From: Gammaproteobacteria bacterium
GTDB lineage: Bacteria; Pseudomonadota; Gammaproteobacteria; JAJFKG01
DNA: 64,000 nucleotides
Reading direction: 5' to 3'
Assembly: GCA_021773335.1 (NCBI GenBank)
Contig: JAJFKG010000053.1
Coordinates: 13,189-77,188, forward strand
Made by a program: the position numbers and the translations under genes. The notes beneath the pieces were generated by a model. It did not search any database. It saw nothing but the letters and a program-made list of their open reading frames with translations, and was not told the DNA's origin. Shown in pieces: positions 47,401 to 58,700 of the stretch (the first letter of the stretch is position 1; every line of letters starts with the position of its first letter).

Positions 47401-49713
47401 ATAATAGGCCTGTAATAACGACAAAGAAGCCTCAGGGTTATCATCGCCCCAGTCAATCTGTATAAAACCAAATAATTTCAATGGTGGTATAACGTGGAAG
47501 CGATCAATCGCCAGGCCAAGGTAATGACTGTCCTTAAGCGAATGCGTAAGCGCTAATAAAGCGCTCGCCACACCGAGAATAAAACGTTTCAACTTAGGTA
47601 ATTCATTAGCAACTCGTGCTTGCTTGTATAGCCATTCGGGCAACACTTCGGGCGTAATTTCTTCGCCAAATAGATTATTTAAAATAGTGACTATACTTTC
47701 GGGTGAAATCACTCCCGCATTAGGTCTGAGAAAAACATCAAACAACCAAGCTTCAGGTTGAGGCGTATAAGCTTGTGACGCAGGAAATTTAGCGTATAGG
47801 CATAGCAATTCAATAAAAAACCCTTGCTCATTCGGGAGCACATCCTGCACTATCGCAGTAATTAAGCTATGGAAATAAGGCACACTCACGGCATTTAGAC
47901 GTATAAAAATATCAAAGCAAGCAAAAAATAAATCTTCACACAGATCGCTCTGCAAACCTGCATCTGCTTCAACGCGTTGTAAGATTGTGCGTAACAACGT
48001 ATAGATTCGTGTTAAGCTCACTTGCTCCTTTTGCCTAAAATAGGCCGCCCAATTGTCCCGCAAGTCAACTAACGTATCACGAAATGTTGCTACCAAAGCG
48101 CCCAGCTCACCGCCAGGCAAGGTAAGCATGAGATAGGGTTCAAACCAGGCGTAATCGCGAGCCCGCACAATGAGTGGCCCAGCAGTAGAAGTAGCATTTT
48201 TTTGACGTGCAGTGCGACTACGCGATGCCACAGCCTCTCCCTCTAGCATCCCCTCAGGCCGAGCAAATCTCGCAAAGCTGGTACTCATATAACGTTTAAT
48301 CTGCGCTTTGCGACTGTCTAAGGCCTGTCGTGGATCCCCAACTTTAATAAAGCCTCTTAATCCGGTCTCAATGACTTTTGTCACTACTAAACGCGTAACT
48401 TTAGCAAAGCCATACAACAAACCTCCTATGCCACCCACTATCGTAGGGAGCACGCCGGCACTCTTATATTCTTGCGTGCTCTTTGGGTCAACCTCCGGTG
48501 CAATAAGTTTTTTTAAGCTTCCCAAGACAGGATCATAATCAATTAACTTGAACGGATCTATCCTCTTAATCGCGCGTGGTTGTGAACGCCTTCGCCAATA
48601 ATAGCCCTTGGGCCTATCGTGTTCAGAGTTATGTGGCGAAAGATAATAATTTGCTAATAAATTTGCCGCAAGCAACTGATAATGACAGGGAATATCAGCA
48701 ATAATTAATAGCAAAGCAACAATGACTTTCATGCCCTCTCTGCAAGAAGTCATCGTTTCATCTTGAAGATAACCCGCCGCAATATGCCAGCGTGCCCAAG
48801 CACTGAATTCTTGTGACTCAGTGCCGAGATAGTCTATTCGTCGTTGCTGCACACGTTTTCGTTTAGCCTCGTTAACCACAAGGTCTCCCTCGTAATAACC
48901 CTCTTCACAATAACGAATAATCTTACGCAAGATTACATAGACATTTTCGTTAACGGGACTGCCTACGCTCTGCGCATCAGCAAACATTTCTCTGGCTGTA
49001 TTTTGCCAACGTACAATAGGCGCCTTGACCTGTTTGCCCTTCACTCTGTTGAGGAACGCACTTGCCGCGGTATAATAACCACCTTGACTCAACAAGGCAG
49101 CATTGTCGATGATATTGGCATCTTTCGCGGCACGCCATGGGCTGACGCTTTTATCGTATTGTTGCCAAACCTCACCCGCTGTTTCTAAACTTTTCTGAGT
49201 GAGCAGCATACCGAGCTCCGCTTTGCCGTCGACACCGACTGTATAACTCCCCAGCTCTATAAGCGATTTTGCTCCCTCATATCGTTCACACATAGGCACT
49301 AATTCATTGTGTTTTAGCAATTGTTCTTCTGCCTTGCGAAAGACACGCCCGTCGATAGCTATCAAACCCAGGCTCGATAACTGTTCGAGCCGTGTTCCAG
49401 TCTCCAGCAAGCGCATGCGTTGGTGGAAGTCGCGCGCCTCACGAAGTTCGTTGAGCGCATTACGCACATGTTGTGGCACACGCGGTACAACAATAAGCTG
49501 CTCACGATACTCTTGCGGCAAAGCCTCTAATTCATGTAGCCAGACTGATGCTTGATGTAGACGATCTTGATTGACGATTTGCTCATATAGAACAGGGGCA
49601 ACTATTTTTTCAAAAATTAATTGCGTCCAAGATTTTCCTGGCATAACAATATTCACTCTTTTTTCGGTATAAATAACCAAATAATGGTTTAATAACCGCC
49701 TAGCATTCTTCAC
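44464..49713 (-). CDS. 1749-aa multi-domain effector-like protein: large N-terminal region of unknown function, OTU-deubiquitinase-like Cys/His motif region (aa ~1170-1410), C-terminal ankyrin-repeat array (aa ~1420-1720)
   Basis: It is an uninterrupted 5.2-kb ORF. The ANK repeats include GNNALLHALRQSN, GESALLFAARYADLEAVEAIM, GNTAFHWAAKRGDFAILDKL, GNTLLMQAVNEGYVDTALAIL and QNLLHLAILTASRNIVNAII, plus an isolated ANK at aa ~878-925. The OTU-like Cys loop is PDGDCALHTMGG (Cys codon 46129-46131) and the His motif is SNHYDLL (His codon 45523-45525). Confidence 0.85.
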   Translation of the reverse strand: MKNARRLLNHYLVIYTEKRVNIVMPGKSWTQLIFEKIVAPVLYEQIVNQDRLHQASVWLHELEALPQEYREQLIVVPRVPQHVRNALNELREARDFHQRMRLLETGTRLEQLSSLGLIAIDGRVFRKAEEQLLKHNELVPMCERYEGAKSLIELGSYTVGVDGKAELGMLLTQKSLETAGEVWQQYDKSVSPWRAAKDANIIDNAALLSQGGYYTAASAFLNRVKGKQVKAPIVRWQNTAREMFADAQSVGSPVNENVYVILRKIIRYCEEGYYEGDLVVNEAKRKRVQQRRIDYLGTESQEFSAWARWHIAAGYLQDETMTSCREGMKVIVALLLIIADIPCHYQLLAANLLANYYLSPHNSEHDRPKGYYWRRRSQPRAIKRIDPFKLIDYDPVLGSLKKLIAPEVDPKSTQEYKSAGVLPTIVGGIGGLLYGFAKVTRLVVTKVIETGLRGFIKVGDPRQALDSRKAQIKRYMSTSFARFARPEGMLEGEAVASRSRTARQKNATSTAGPLIVRARDYAWFEPYLMLTLPGGELGALVATFRDTLVDLRDNWAAYFRQKEQVSLTRIYTLLRTILQRVEADAGLQSDLCEDLFFACFDIFIRLNAVSVPYFHSLITAIVQDVLPNEQGFFIELLCLYAKFPASQAYTPQPEAWLFDVFLRPNAGVISPESIVTILNNLFGEEITPEVLPEWLYKQARVANELPKLKRFILGVASALLALTHSLKDSHYLGLAIDRFHVIPPLKLFGFIQIDWGDDNPEASLSLLQAYYTVLEQYGFDELELLDQLDIVQLFAGLREARLEDVRNIIRAVLLSKVDDIEEARKAYQNSFNQKRPYTNKLINYLKQGHNPNLYFVETTTDADLGWFVSDNRQQADTVEYALHSAIRHLDVPLIMALLNYGADVTKKNIHGLQPLQYLLYLHGPSASQDAEVRDKVRLIARLVKNSFSWQTYINSPEWTEARQANYFNQEAQITPGAHAKVEEVYRSTCDTLNQNRIEYRALQQRLQGDLYFELGNANKACGAYLQMPIAWCSQVEHRLLAKYAQEQGEHLHEALYLLALSQVDLTSTDWERLSELLAEIAQAQWGSAKVKVIVFLQLLCMRESLLLDLRHDTQGEAEFQQALEELESSLPFFYIDGELTEIKAMFNSGWLFKVVQSWFARDELGDMLTATVASDDDGPLTYKFYRVPIEPDGDCALHTMGGVTRQNYVNALLHYADDPELRRILSNEIKGNSLAGEYEHPDVAVACAAFRHSQAESAPLESQVNQSIDTSGLSIDELLAHEDVSDEDKLRLTRMQEQTQQALANLDQVCANQAVFCHYVETVLRNAGVFLEFANDIGDVASGSLAALAYLQGKGLRVWEKEGESVKLARSYLPIKADSVVDVLFCPASPSGKESNHYDLLIPPFDCPQELLITAAGANLIMLAIDSNDENALEQWLDSSLFDAQAMLLQRDMHGNNALLHALRQSNTAFAKRLLQTPVATRLVEQANDAGESALLFAARYADLEAVEAIMQVPGFDKSQLLASDSEGNTAFHWAAKRGDFAILDKLHGGDFRSLKYLQAKNQQGETVLQAGLSHPSFIVDVLSKLKEFGQRDIRFDAARPEFFNKFVSEMSYEAVLAKRDADGNTLLMQAVNEGYVDTALAILKSGCVSTSAEILSATNAQQQNLLHLAILTASRNIVNAIIRQPSYKPSLLLAQVDSQGHTPAALARELGQIVLARKLDIEAGYAKNQGLEYVSEAGDIGAGCSRSF

Positions 49714-49761
49714 TTAGCTTTAATTACTAGAAAAAATACATAGACGCGTATCTTGGTTTAA

Positions 49762-52700
49762 CTACTTGCCACCCGGAGCCATAGTACTGCCATCAGGTGG
49801 CGTATCAATTTTAATCTCATCATGCGCTTCTAGCTCAATAACACTTTCCCAAATGATGGCATCCGAGCCGGCTTTTTTTGTAAAAACGATATGCTTAGCA
49901 GGTTTCTTGCTAGGATCAACCAAGTTTTCATGGACAAACTCAATAATGTCGTAGTTATCATAAACAGCATTGACAAAATCAGGCTGATTAGACCAATTCA
50001 AAGGCAAATTTCCATCCTTACCCATAACAATACGGGCAACTCTAAATTGACGCTCCGGATTAATTTTTCCTTCCATGCGTACTGGTGTATCATAATTGTC
50101 TTGATTCTTTCTTTGTGTATGTAACACCGTTTTTTCAACGGTATCACTACCAACAACAGATGTATAAAATCCTGGTCCTGCTGGGCCGGAGCCAATTTCT
50201 TCAATACCAGTCTTGATGCGACCTACCTGCGATTTATCTGTGCCATGACAAATGCGTAGCCCCAAAAAATGCTCGGCTTCCGTTGGCGATAAACCGATAG
50301 CCTTGTGTAAATCACTAAGCGTTGAGATACCAAACGTTCTTGCATCGTGGCGTGACGAAGCAAAAAAGCGTTGACTACTACTACTAGCAGCTGAAGAACT
50401 AGCAGCATCAGAAGCCCTAACTTTAGTCGAAGAAGACGTGCTAGTTGTAGCCGATGCTTGCGGTGATCTTATTGCATCTGTGCTAGAACTAGGTTGTGTG
50501 CCACCCAAGCGTTGTTCTCCGCCTAAGCGATCACCTAGCCTAAAGCCATCATCGGATGGCTTAGGCTTGGGGCTACTCGGTGGTACCGGAGCTTTAGGGC
50601 CACCACCATCTGGATCTGCTGATCCTAAAGTTTTAGTGCCATCCAAAATATCGCCTAGATGTAGTGGGAAAGTTTGTGGGGTTGTGCTACTGCTTGATGA
50701 ACTACTACTCGGGCTTGCGCTACTTAAAGAATGACCGCTAGAACTGGGGCTTGAACCAGCGGATGTACTATCAAGCTGTTGCTGGTGTGACTCTCCTAAC
50801 CTGGCAAGCTCAGCAATAGTAAACTCAGATGGTTTTCGTGCGACAGACTCAACTACTTCAGTGCCATATTCATTAAGAGCATTAAGAGTCCATGCGTTGC
50901 CTTCGGTAACAACCAGAGCAACCCGAAACCACTTTGGTAACGGCCTTTTTGGATCAAGCCCACATTCTTTGGCGTAATATTCTATAGAGTTGATTGGGCC
51001 ACCAAATATATCTTGTATCGCTTCAAGTTGCTCTAGAGTAGCTGAGCGTGAGCTCTGTAGAGCAGCAGCTTGGCTTTTGGCTGCTTGCCAACTTTCGTAA
51101 TAGTGTAAGATGTCTGACAATTTAGAAAAATCACCACTTTGATCAGCACTTTTATATAAACTAGCCACTCTATCAAAATTGCCGTAAGGGCTATGGTTGT
51201 GAAATTTTTCATGCAACAAGGTAGAAATAGCTTTAAGTAAAGCGTGTGGTGAAAAATCACGTTTGAGTAGAATACCTTGCATTTTTTTACCACCTTGCAG
51301 AGGTATATTGTCATAACCAACAACACCTTCCACTTCGCTATCTGACGAGGCCGGCTTCTCCAAAAAAACGAGTTTATTACCGCTATCAACTGAACTGAAA
51401 TCAGCACAGACTAGTTGCATAAAAGGGTATAATTCCCGGGTTAAATCCTGTTCAAAAAAAATGCTTAATTCGCGGGCATGCGCTGCTAATCGAGCGTTCG
51501 GTGCATAGAAGCGTAAATTATTGTAGTGATAGGGGCGAACTATTTGGCCCACCAAGCCGAATCTAGGATCCGCATAACGTGGCAAAGTTAGCTGTTCTGT
51601 AGAACAGGGCTCTGTTGGAGTTGAAAAAACACGTGGTTCCAAGCGCGAAACCGACCCAGGCTCACCGGGCTTATCAATTTGAGGGTGTATTATGCTTGCT
51701 TGATCAGGCGCATCACTTATAGTACTCCTACTCGATCTTGGTGTTGGACTATCACTCCTAACGCTCGGAACTGGGTGCGTAAATAACCTTTCAAAAATCT
51801 GCGATACACGAGACTCACGAGGTACACTCGCTTTCGAGGATAACACTGGCATTAAGTGGCGGCTGCCACTGCTTGAACTATCTGCAGAAGCACCATCTGA
51901 TGGAGAGCTACCTGAAGAGCCACCACCAGGAGGCCGCCTCCCTGGCCCACCACCGCGCGAACCACCACGACCATATGCATGGCGACAGAGAGCAGCGCTA
52001 CCCTCAAAAGCCGCTTGACGCGCGACATTCATGCCTGCGAATAAAAAGAAGGTATCAACGAACGCATCCGGATCAGGCGCTTCACCTTGCGCACAAGCAT
52101 TCGCCATAGTGAGCAACACTGCATCCATCGCAGAATAACCTAACTGGCCTAACATCGTCATTGCTGCTGGGTTATTACCCGCCAGTATATTTATGGCATT
52201 ATTCGCGCTCGCACTGGTTAGATTAGGCAGCATACCTTTCGACATGAGTGAACCAGCGTATTGGCGTGCCATAAAAAATAGTGCACCGGCTGTAGCAGAA
52301 CGCATGGTGCTTTCTGTGATGGCTCCACCGTAGCGCTGGGTAAAATCATTGAAGCTGCGCTCGCCTGGTAGTGTCCAAAATAAATAATCATTTAGACTTT
52401 GCAACGTACTCGAGATCCCAGTCGGCACACCAAATACCGCCGCTCCCACTACTGGGCTCGGTAAACCAGCAGTGGTACGCGCAATTGTCGCATACACTGG
52501 CAAGTCAAAAACAAGAGAAGCCGCCTGATGAGCTAAGCGTTGTCCGCGCGGTAACTCTTTATTTGCCAAACGGATTTGAATACCATCCATTACTGCCTTG
52601 AAGAACACTGGATTTTTACCGAAAGTAGTCGTAAGCAAACTCGCCACGGAACCTATTGCCGAGTGATTAGCCCCAGCCAATGCGGCTTCAAACACAGTGA

Positions 52701-55700
52701 CATCTTGCTGTTGTTGCCAATGTCTTACCTTATAATATTCCATTGATCGCCTAGCGATAGCATTGTCTAAAGGATTGGCATACACAATTGCTGCAATCTC
52801 TTGATAATCTTGCCGCGAAATTCGTCCCTGCGTAAGCAATTCACCTGCTTCGGTCATATAGAAGGTCGTAAAATTGTTGACATTGGTTTGCCCGGCTTGG
52901 CTAATTATACTTGCCCGTTTGGCTTCTATCGCCTCTACGCTATCGGTTGCTTGTGTGGCGGTATCTGTCGTTGCGCTCGAATCCGCTCCAGCAGTAGGTA
53001 CGGGCATCCCCAATAACGCACAAGACATCTGTGCCATATTGGCGCCCACGCGACTCATAAAACCAGGCTCTGTTGCAGCTTCAGAGGCACCAGAAGCTGC
53101 CATCATTGCATCAAGCGACATTGGAGCTTGCCCAGAAACAAAAATATCCGTCATGCGCCGTGCATCATCAAGATCGCTAAACTCAGTCGCTGCATGTTCG
53201 ACAAATGAATACATCTCCTTGAGTAAGGGTGCAAACTTCTGTCCATTTTCGGTTGTGAGCTGTTGTTCTATATGCTTAAGCAAATCAGATTTGCTCTCTT
53301 CGAAGCCTTCAAGCACGACTGAATCAGCTGAGGTATCACCCTGTATTTCTTCAGCAGTGGGTGATGCACTTAAGCTAGCAGCACGGATAGGAGGTGTCTC
53401 ACTATCACCGTCCAGTGAAGCTAAAACAATGGGAATATCTTTGCCTTGCTCGGTGTCTTGATCGGCAGCCGTGAAGCGAGGCTTTTCATCTTCTTGCATG
53501 TCTAAATCATCGATCAGGCTAGAAGGTATATCATGCCTGTCTCTCGTATCGTCCAAAGCTGCATCATCAGGCTTATCAGCTGCTTCACTCTCAGCTTTTG
53601 CTTTGCCTTCTGCTACCGCAGCGTCTAAATCTGCGGCTAATTGATCTAATTTCGTTTGTATATCCTGCATGCCTTGAGTAATCGTCGCAATATCATCGGC
53701 AAATTCATCCACCTCCCTTTTAATGCTTGCCAATTGTGCTGCTGGCATGTCAGTGCCAGTAAATTTCTTATAGGCAGCTGCGATATTAGCTAAAGACTTC
53801 TCCATTTCTTTGCCACGAATAATTGGCACATCTATTGTCACTTGGAAGTCTTGGTCTTTAAGTACAGAAACACCCTTGCCCAGCTTGGTGTTGACAAAAC
53901 CATTAACACGTTCAACTTCCAAACTTGAGCCCGGCGCACCAGCTACAGTCGCGTGACGTTCAGCATGATAGTTACGCCAACCAAAAGTCACTTTCGCGGT
54001 TGGAATAGCAACACCACTGCCTTTGGTTTTCTTTTTGACTGCTTGTACTGCATCACTTGAAGATGATGTGCTTGAACTCGCCTGGACACTCGGTATCAAA
54101 ATAGGTTGACTCGTACCACTAGCAGTTGATGAGGCCGGGACATCGTCCTGCTCCCTACCGTCTGAGCGGCTCTGTACTAAATCATATAGATTACACGAAA
54201 CACCTAGCGTAATACCGCGTTGATATTCTTCGATAGATTCCGTTGTCAAGCTACGTGCAACAAATACATCTTTACCGTCAGTGGTGATGTGGGCGCCCTT
54301 GAGATGTACATCACCCAACGCTAAGCCCGCATAGCCTTCTTTAATATGGATACCACTTTCACTGCCTACCCGTTTAGAATTAGACCTCGAGTAAGTCGCC
54401 TTGACATCACCGCTTGTGCTCGCCGATCCCCCTGTCGTCTTACTCTTATGCCTATCTGCTAAGGATTCGATTTCTATGTCTTTAATAGAACCCGAAGTGC
54501 TTGCCCCACTGATATTAGCACCATGTAATACGGCATGGTCAACTTCAAAATGCACATTTCCACCCGCTGTCATACTGGCATTAACATGCGTCACACCATC
54601 GCTGGAGCTATGCTGAAAACCCACACCGACGTCAGGCCTACCTTCAAATCGCAAGCCCAGCATCGCGGATGTAATATTTCCTTGGTGGCGAGATTTTAAG
54701 GCCGCCGCAAACATTAAGAGCTGCGGTGCTTTGATCGTCATATCATCCTTGGCACGCACACAAAAACCATCGATGATCTCGATAGCTTCACCCGCGATAA
54801 TATTGACTTTGCCTGCACTGAGATGGCCCGGCCCTAGTTTTTGGTAATCAGTTTTCTTATCAACATAATTGAAGGTGATTTCTATTTTGGGATTAAATTT
54901 CCCATCCTTGCCAAGACCATAACGCTGCATTAGCATTTGTCCAAAAGAACCATCCTTATAAGCGGCTGCAAAGGCATCGATATCATTATAGAGTTGAATA
55001 CCCATGTTAGATAAATTAACTAAGGCTTCGAGTAAATTACCACTTTTAATTAAGTTATGGATCTTGCCTAATAAAGGATCTTCGGCTTTCAATGCGTCCC
55101 AAAGGTTGCCGCCCTCCGCTAGTGCTTCAATTGCTTTGGAACCTGGAAAACTAATACCAAGGTCCAAACCTTTTTTAACAACGCGATGGTTTAACACCTT
55201 ACGTTTCAAGATCACTCGTCCCTTATCAGCCATCAGGGTGAATTCACCGCCACTACTTAGTAGCGCGCCGACAACGTTTAAATTACCCTCAAGGACACGG
55301 ATAAAGCCACCGCCATGCTCGACAAAGACATCTGGCACGAATTGGTCGTGTCGCCCTTTTTTGGTACTTCGTAAGTATTTCTGCAAACCAACCATCTTGC
55401 CAATATCATTGATCAAGCCACCGGCAAAACCTGTCAAAATACCTGCACCGATGCGGGTCTTAGTGACATTTCTCTTCAGTGTAAAATCTAGGCCCACTAC
55501 ATTCGCCGTTAAAAGCGATTGTATTTTTACCGAGCCCACGGGGGCTAGATAATCAGCACCATGCGACTCAACCCCTCCCTTGGGGCAATGGATGACGATA
55601 CCAATACCTGATTGAATAACAGGTTTGGTTTCATCTGCCTTTTCTTTTGTAATATGGCGTTTTTGGCCTAGGCCCTTTTGCAGTAGGCTTTTGGCATCAT

Positions 55701-58700
55701 TAGTATAAGATGTCGTATAGATATGCACATCGGCATAGGCACTAAACGCATCGGGAGCATCGCTCAGTGGTTGAAGGCGCACAAAGCCCGGCGCTCTCAC
55801 CGCTGCAGCAGGACCTAAGGCAATACGATCGCCAAGAACATCCACTTGAGGGATTGGATTGCCATCAGGATCAAGCCCAACCACCGCGCCATTTAATCCT
55901 CCCTGGATCGAGGCCCCTTGATGGTTTGCACGTATGTGACCACCGCTATCGCGATAATAGCGAGGGTTATGGTGGAGTCGCACGGCGCTTTGTGGTGCAT
56001 CAATATGGACACGATTACCTGCACTAACAGTCGCGCCGTGCAAGTCAACAGAACCCGCAACGCCTTCAGGTTGCGCTAATGATACATCACCTGTCGCACC
56101 AATATGCCCACTCGGGCCAATTGGGAGATTGTCTCTGCGTAATAGGCCAAATTTCGTATCCAGGCCTGCCACCGGAATTGATTTCCAGATCTCCGATCGA
56201 TCGTGTTTTTTTTCTGCCTTGCGATCAATGCCCACGTCACTGCAACTGTAATGGCGGCTGAGTTGGTCTGCAATATACTGTGGAACCAGCTTACTTTCGA
56301 CTCGCTCTACTTTGACCTCGCCATCTTTCGCCTTAAAGTGAAATTCAAGATACATACCGGCCTGCTCAAATGAAAAATATCTAAGAACTTCGGGTGAACC
56401 CTGAGTAACCTGCTTATGCTGTATAGCCTCAAGAACAATGGTTCCATCATTGGGCTGATGAGAGAAAAAATCTCTTATTTCACCAGCGGCCAAGCGCGGT
56501 AGATTGTCACGCAAAAAACTTGAATTAAAATAAAAGTCGCTTATTTCTCCAGTCGCAAATAAGGTGCCACCTAGATTGAGATGTTGTTCTAATGTGCCTA
56601 CGGAAAAGATATGTTGGGCCATAATGTCAGCGTTATACACAAAACTCTTGCCACCAACCGTAAAAACACCCTTAAGATAAAGCGGTGCCATCACCCTGAC
56701 TTCACCATTATGACCATTTTCACCTGTTGCAATTAAGCCAAGTCCACCATGAGACTCATGGGTTCCGGTAACATCGATTCTTGGGGCATGAAAGACAACT
56801 GTTCCTGTTTGATAACTGCTGCGTCCAACCCCATCCAGCACCAACGGGTTATGATGGTCATATAGATGTAAGGTGCTGATACCATAGTTATTAGCATAAC
56901 CGAATTGTTTAATATCCAAATTACCAACATCAAGATAGGCTGTCTCTGCATGACCACTCCCACGCAGTTGCCCTTGTGGTGTGACGATGGCATAACGAGA
57001 GTCTTCATAAGGCATCTGTCCAGTATCATACCACTCAAGTGCTTTGCGTTCGTCAGCAAAACACTCGGCCGTGCTCATATCCCCAAAATATGCACCTTCA
57101 GCATGGGTATAAGACTCACTTGCCTTGATAGTGACTTGCCCTAAAAATTTAAGCTGACTGGCATCATAGAATATTTCCGTATCAAATAGCACATTGGGGC
57201 CAAATTTTTCCCTGACATGCAGTGCAACCTGCTTAACATCAAATCTCATGCGCCAAGCACTGAATTCACCTTCTGCAGTAAAGACATCCCCCTGATAATA
57301 ACCACTGCCTAGGTTTAAATGGCCTATATTAGGCGCAACGAAAGATTCATCAATCTTATAAGAAAAGTCACCAAAATCGAGTTCACTACCATCACCATAG
57401 ACAGTACGCTCACCTTCGATACGGCCAAAACTACAACTAACTCGGGCATTTTTACCAAAGGTAATTGTTGCTTTGCTGCCTTTGGGTTTTGTCTCATCCG
57501 TAGAGTTTCCCGCATCACTCGACGGCGCAGTTTCTGTTTGTTCCTCTACTTTATCATCTTCTTCTGCCTTATCAGCCGTACCTACTCCATCACGACTATC
57601 ACCAGTACTGGCAGACTCTGGCTCTGTACTTGCCGCCTGATCATCACTGCTTGGTTTAACTGGCCCATCAGCGCTCGACTTTTCTTCTCCGGTTTGTGCA
57701 ACCACTTTAGGCTGTGCATCAGCACCCGCCAAGAAATAAACCACTTGGCCGCCACTGACTTCAGCGTTGATATCTATATCTTGATTACTTCTAAGTGATA
57801 ATACATGCTGAGGGGTATAATCATCTTGTTTGCTTGTCGCATCGCTCGCCTCAGTTTTCGATTCAGGACTAGTATCTTCTTCACCTTCTGCTACTGGTGT
57901 CTCTGCACTTTTTGATCCTTTTGTTGTTGTTTCTGCTGATTCTTTTGCACTTTCACTATCACCGCTTGCAGCATCTTGTTTTGCGGTACTCTCAGTGCTA
58001 TCAGCTTGAGCTTCTTCGCTATCTACTTCCGCTGCAGCTTCGGCCTCTTTGCCTGATTCTATCGCTGCCTTTTCACCTGCAAGTCTTCTTGCATAATTAG
58101 CGGACCGCAACTCTGCACCATCAGGACCACGTAGTCCTGCACCAGTTATTTCCAATCCATTGCGGCCATAGATATCGGTAGAACCGCTATAATCCCAACC
58201 TTCTGCGCCTGCATATAGAAAATCATCCGTATGGACGCTCGTATCGTGCGTCTTTACACCACCTTTTGCGCCAGTAATATGAAAACGCTCTTTGTATTCG
58301 AAGTGTGAACCTTCCGCCTTTAATCTACCCGTAGAATCAAAAGTTTTACCACGCGCAGTCGCATTAATTACTTCGGTTTGACCTGTATCACCATCACGCC
58401 AATGTTCAACATCTAGCTGGCTACGTGCCACCGTACTACCAACAGCAATACGGCCATCATCATCTAACTCATCGATTTTTGTCTTGGTATAACCACCTGT
58501 GATTTCAGCACCGGCACCATTGGCGACATAAGGTACGAATATCTCTAGACAACCAGGCCCGTGAATACGCCCATAATTATAGAGTTTCCAAGCGGTAACA
58601 CTATTAAAGCACGCATTTGCTGAACCTGCATTATAGGCATACCAGGTATCAATTTTGCGAATGACATTAAATTGATTACCCGTATGATAAGATAGAGCGC

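Noticed and set aside
50438-57798. Numerous plus-strand ORFs (e.g. 50438..50734, 52874..53461, 55004..55552, 57319..57798) antisense to the giant gene
   Set aside because: They sit inside a 13.7-kb continuous minus-strand ORF. Their translations are low-complexity (P/S/L-rich), which is typical of shadow ORFs opposite biased coding sequence.
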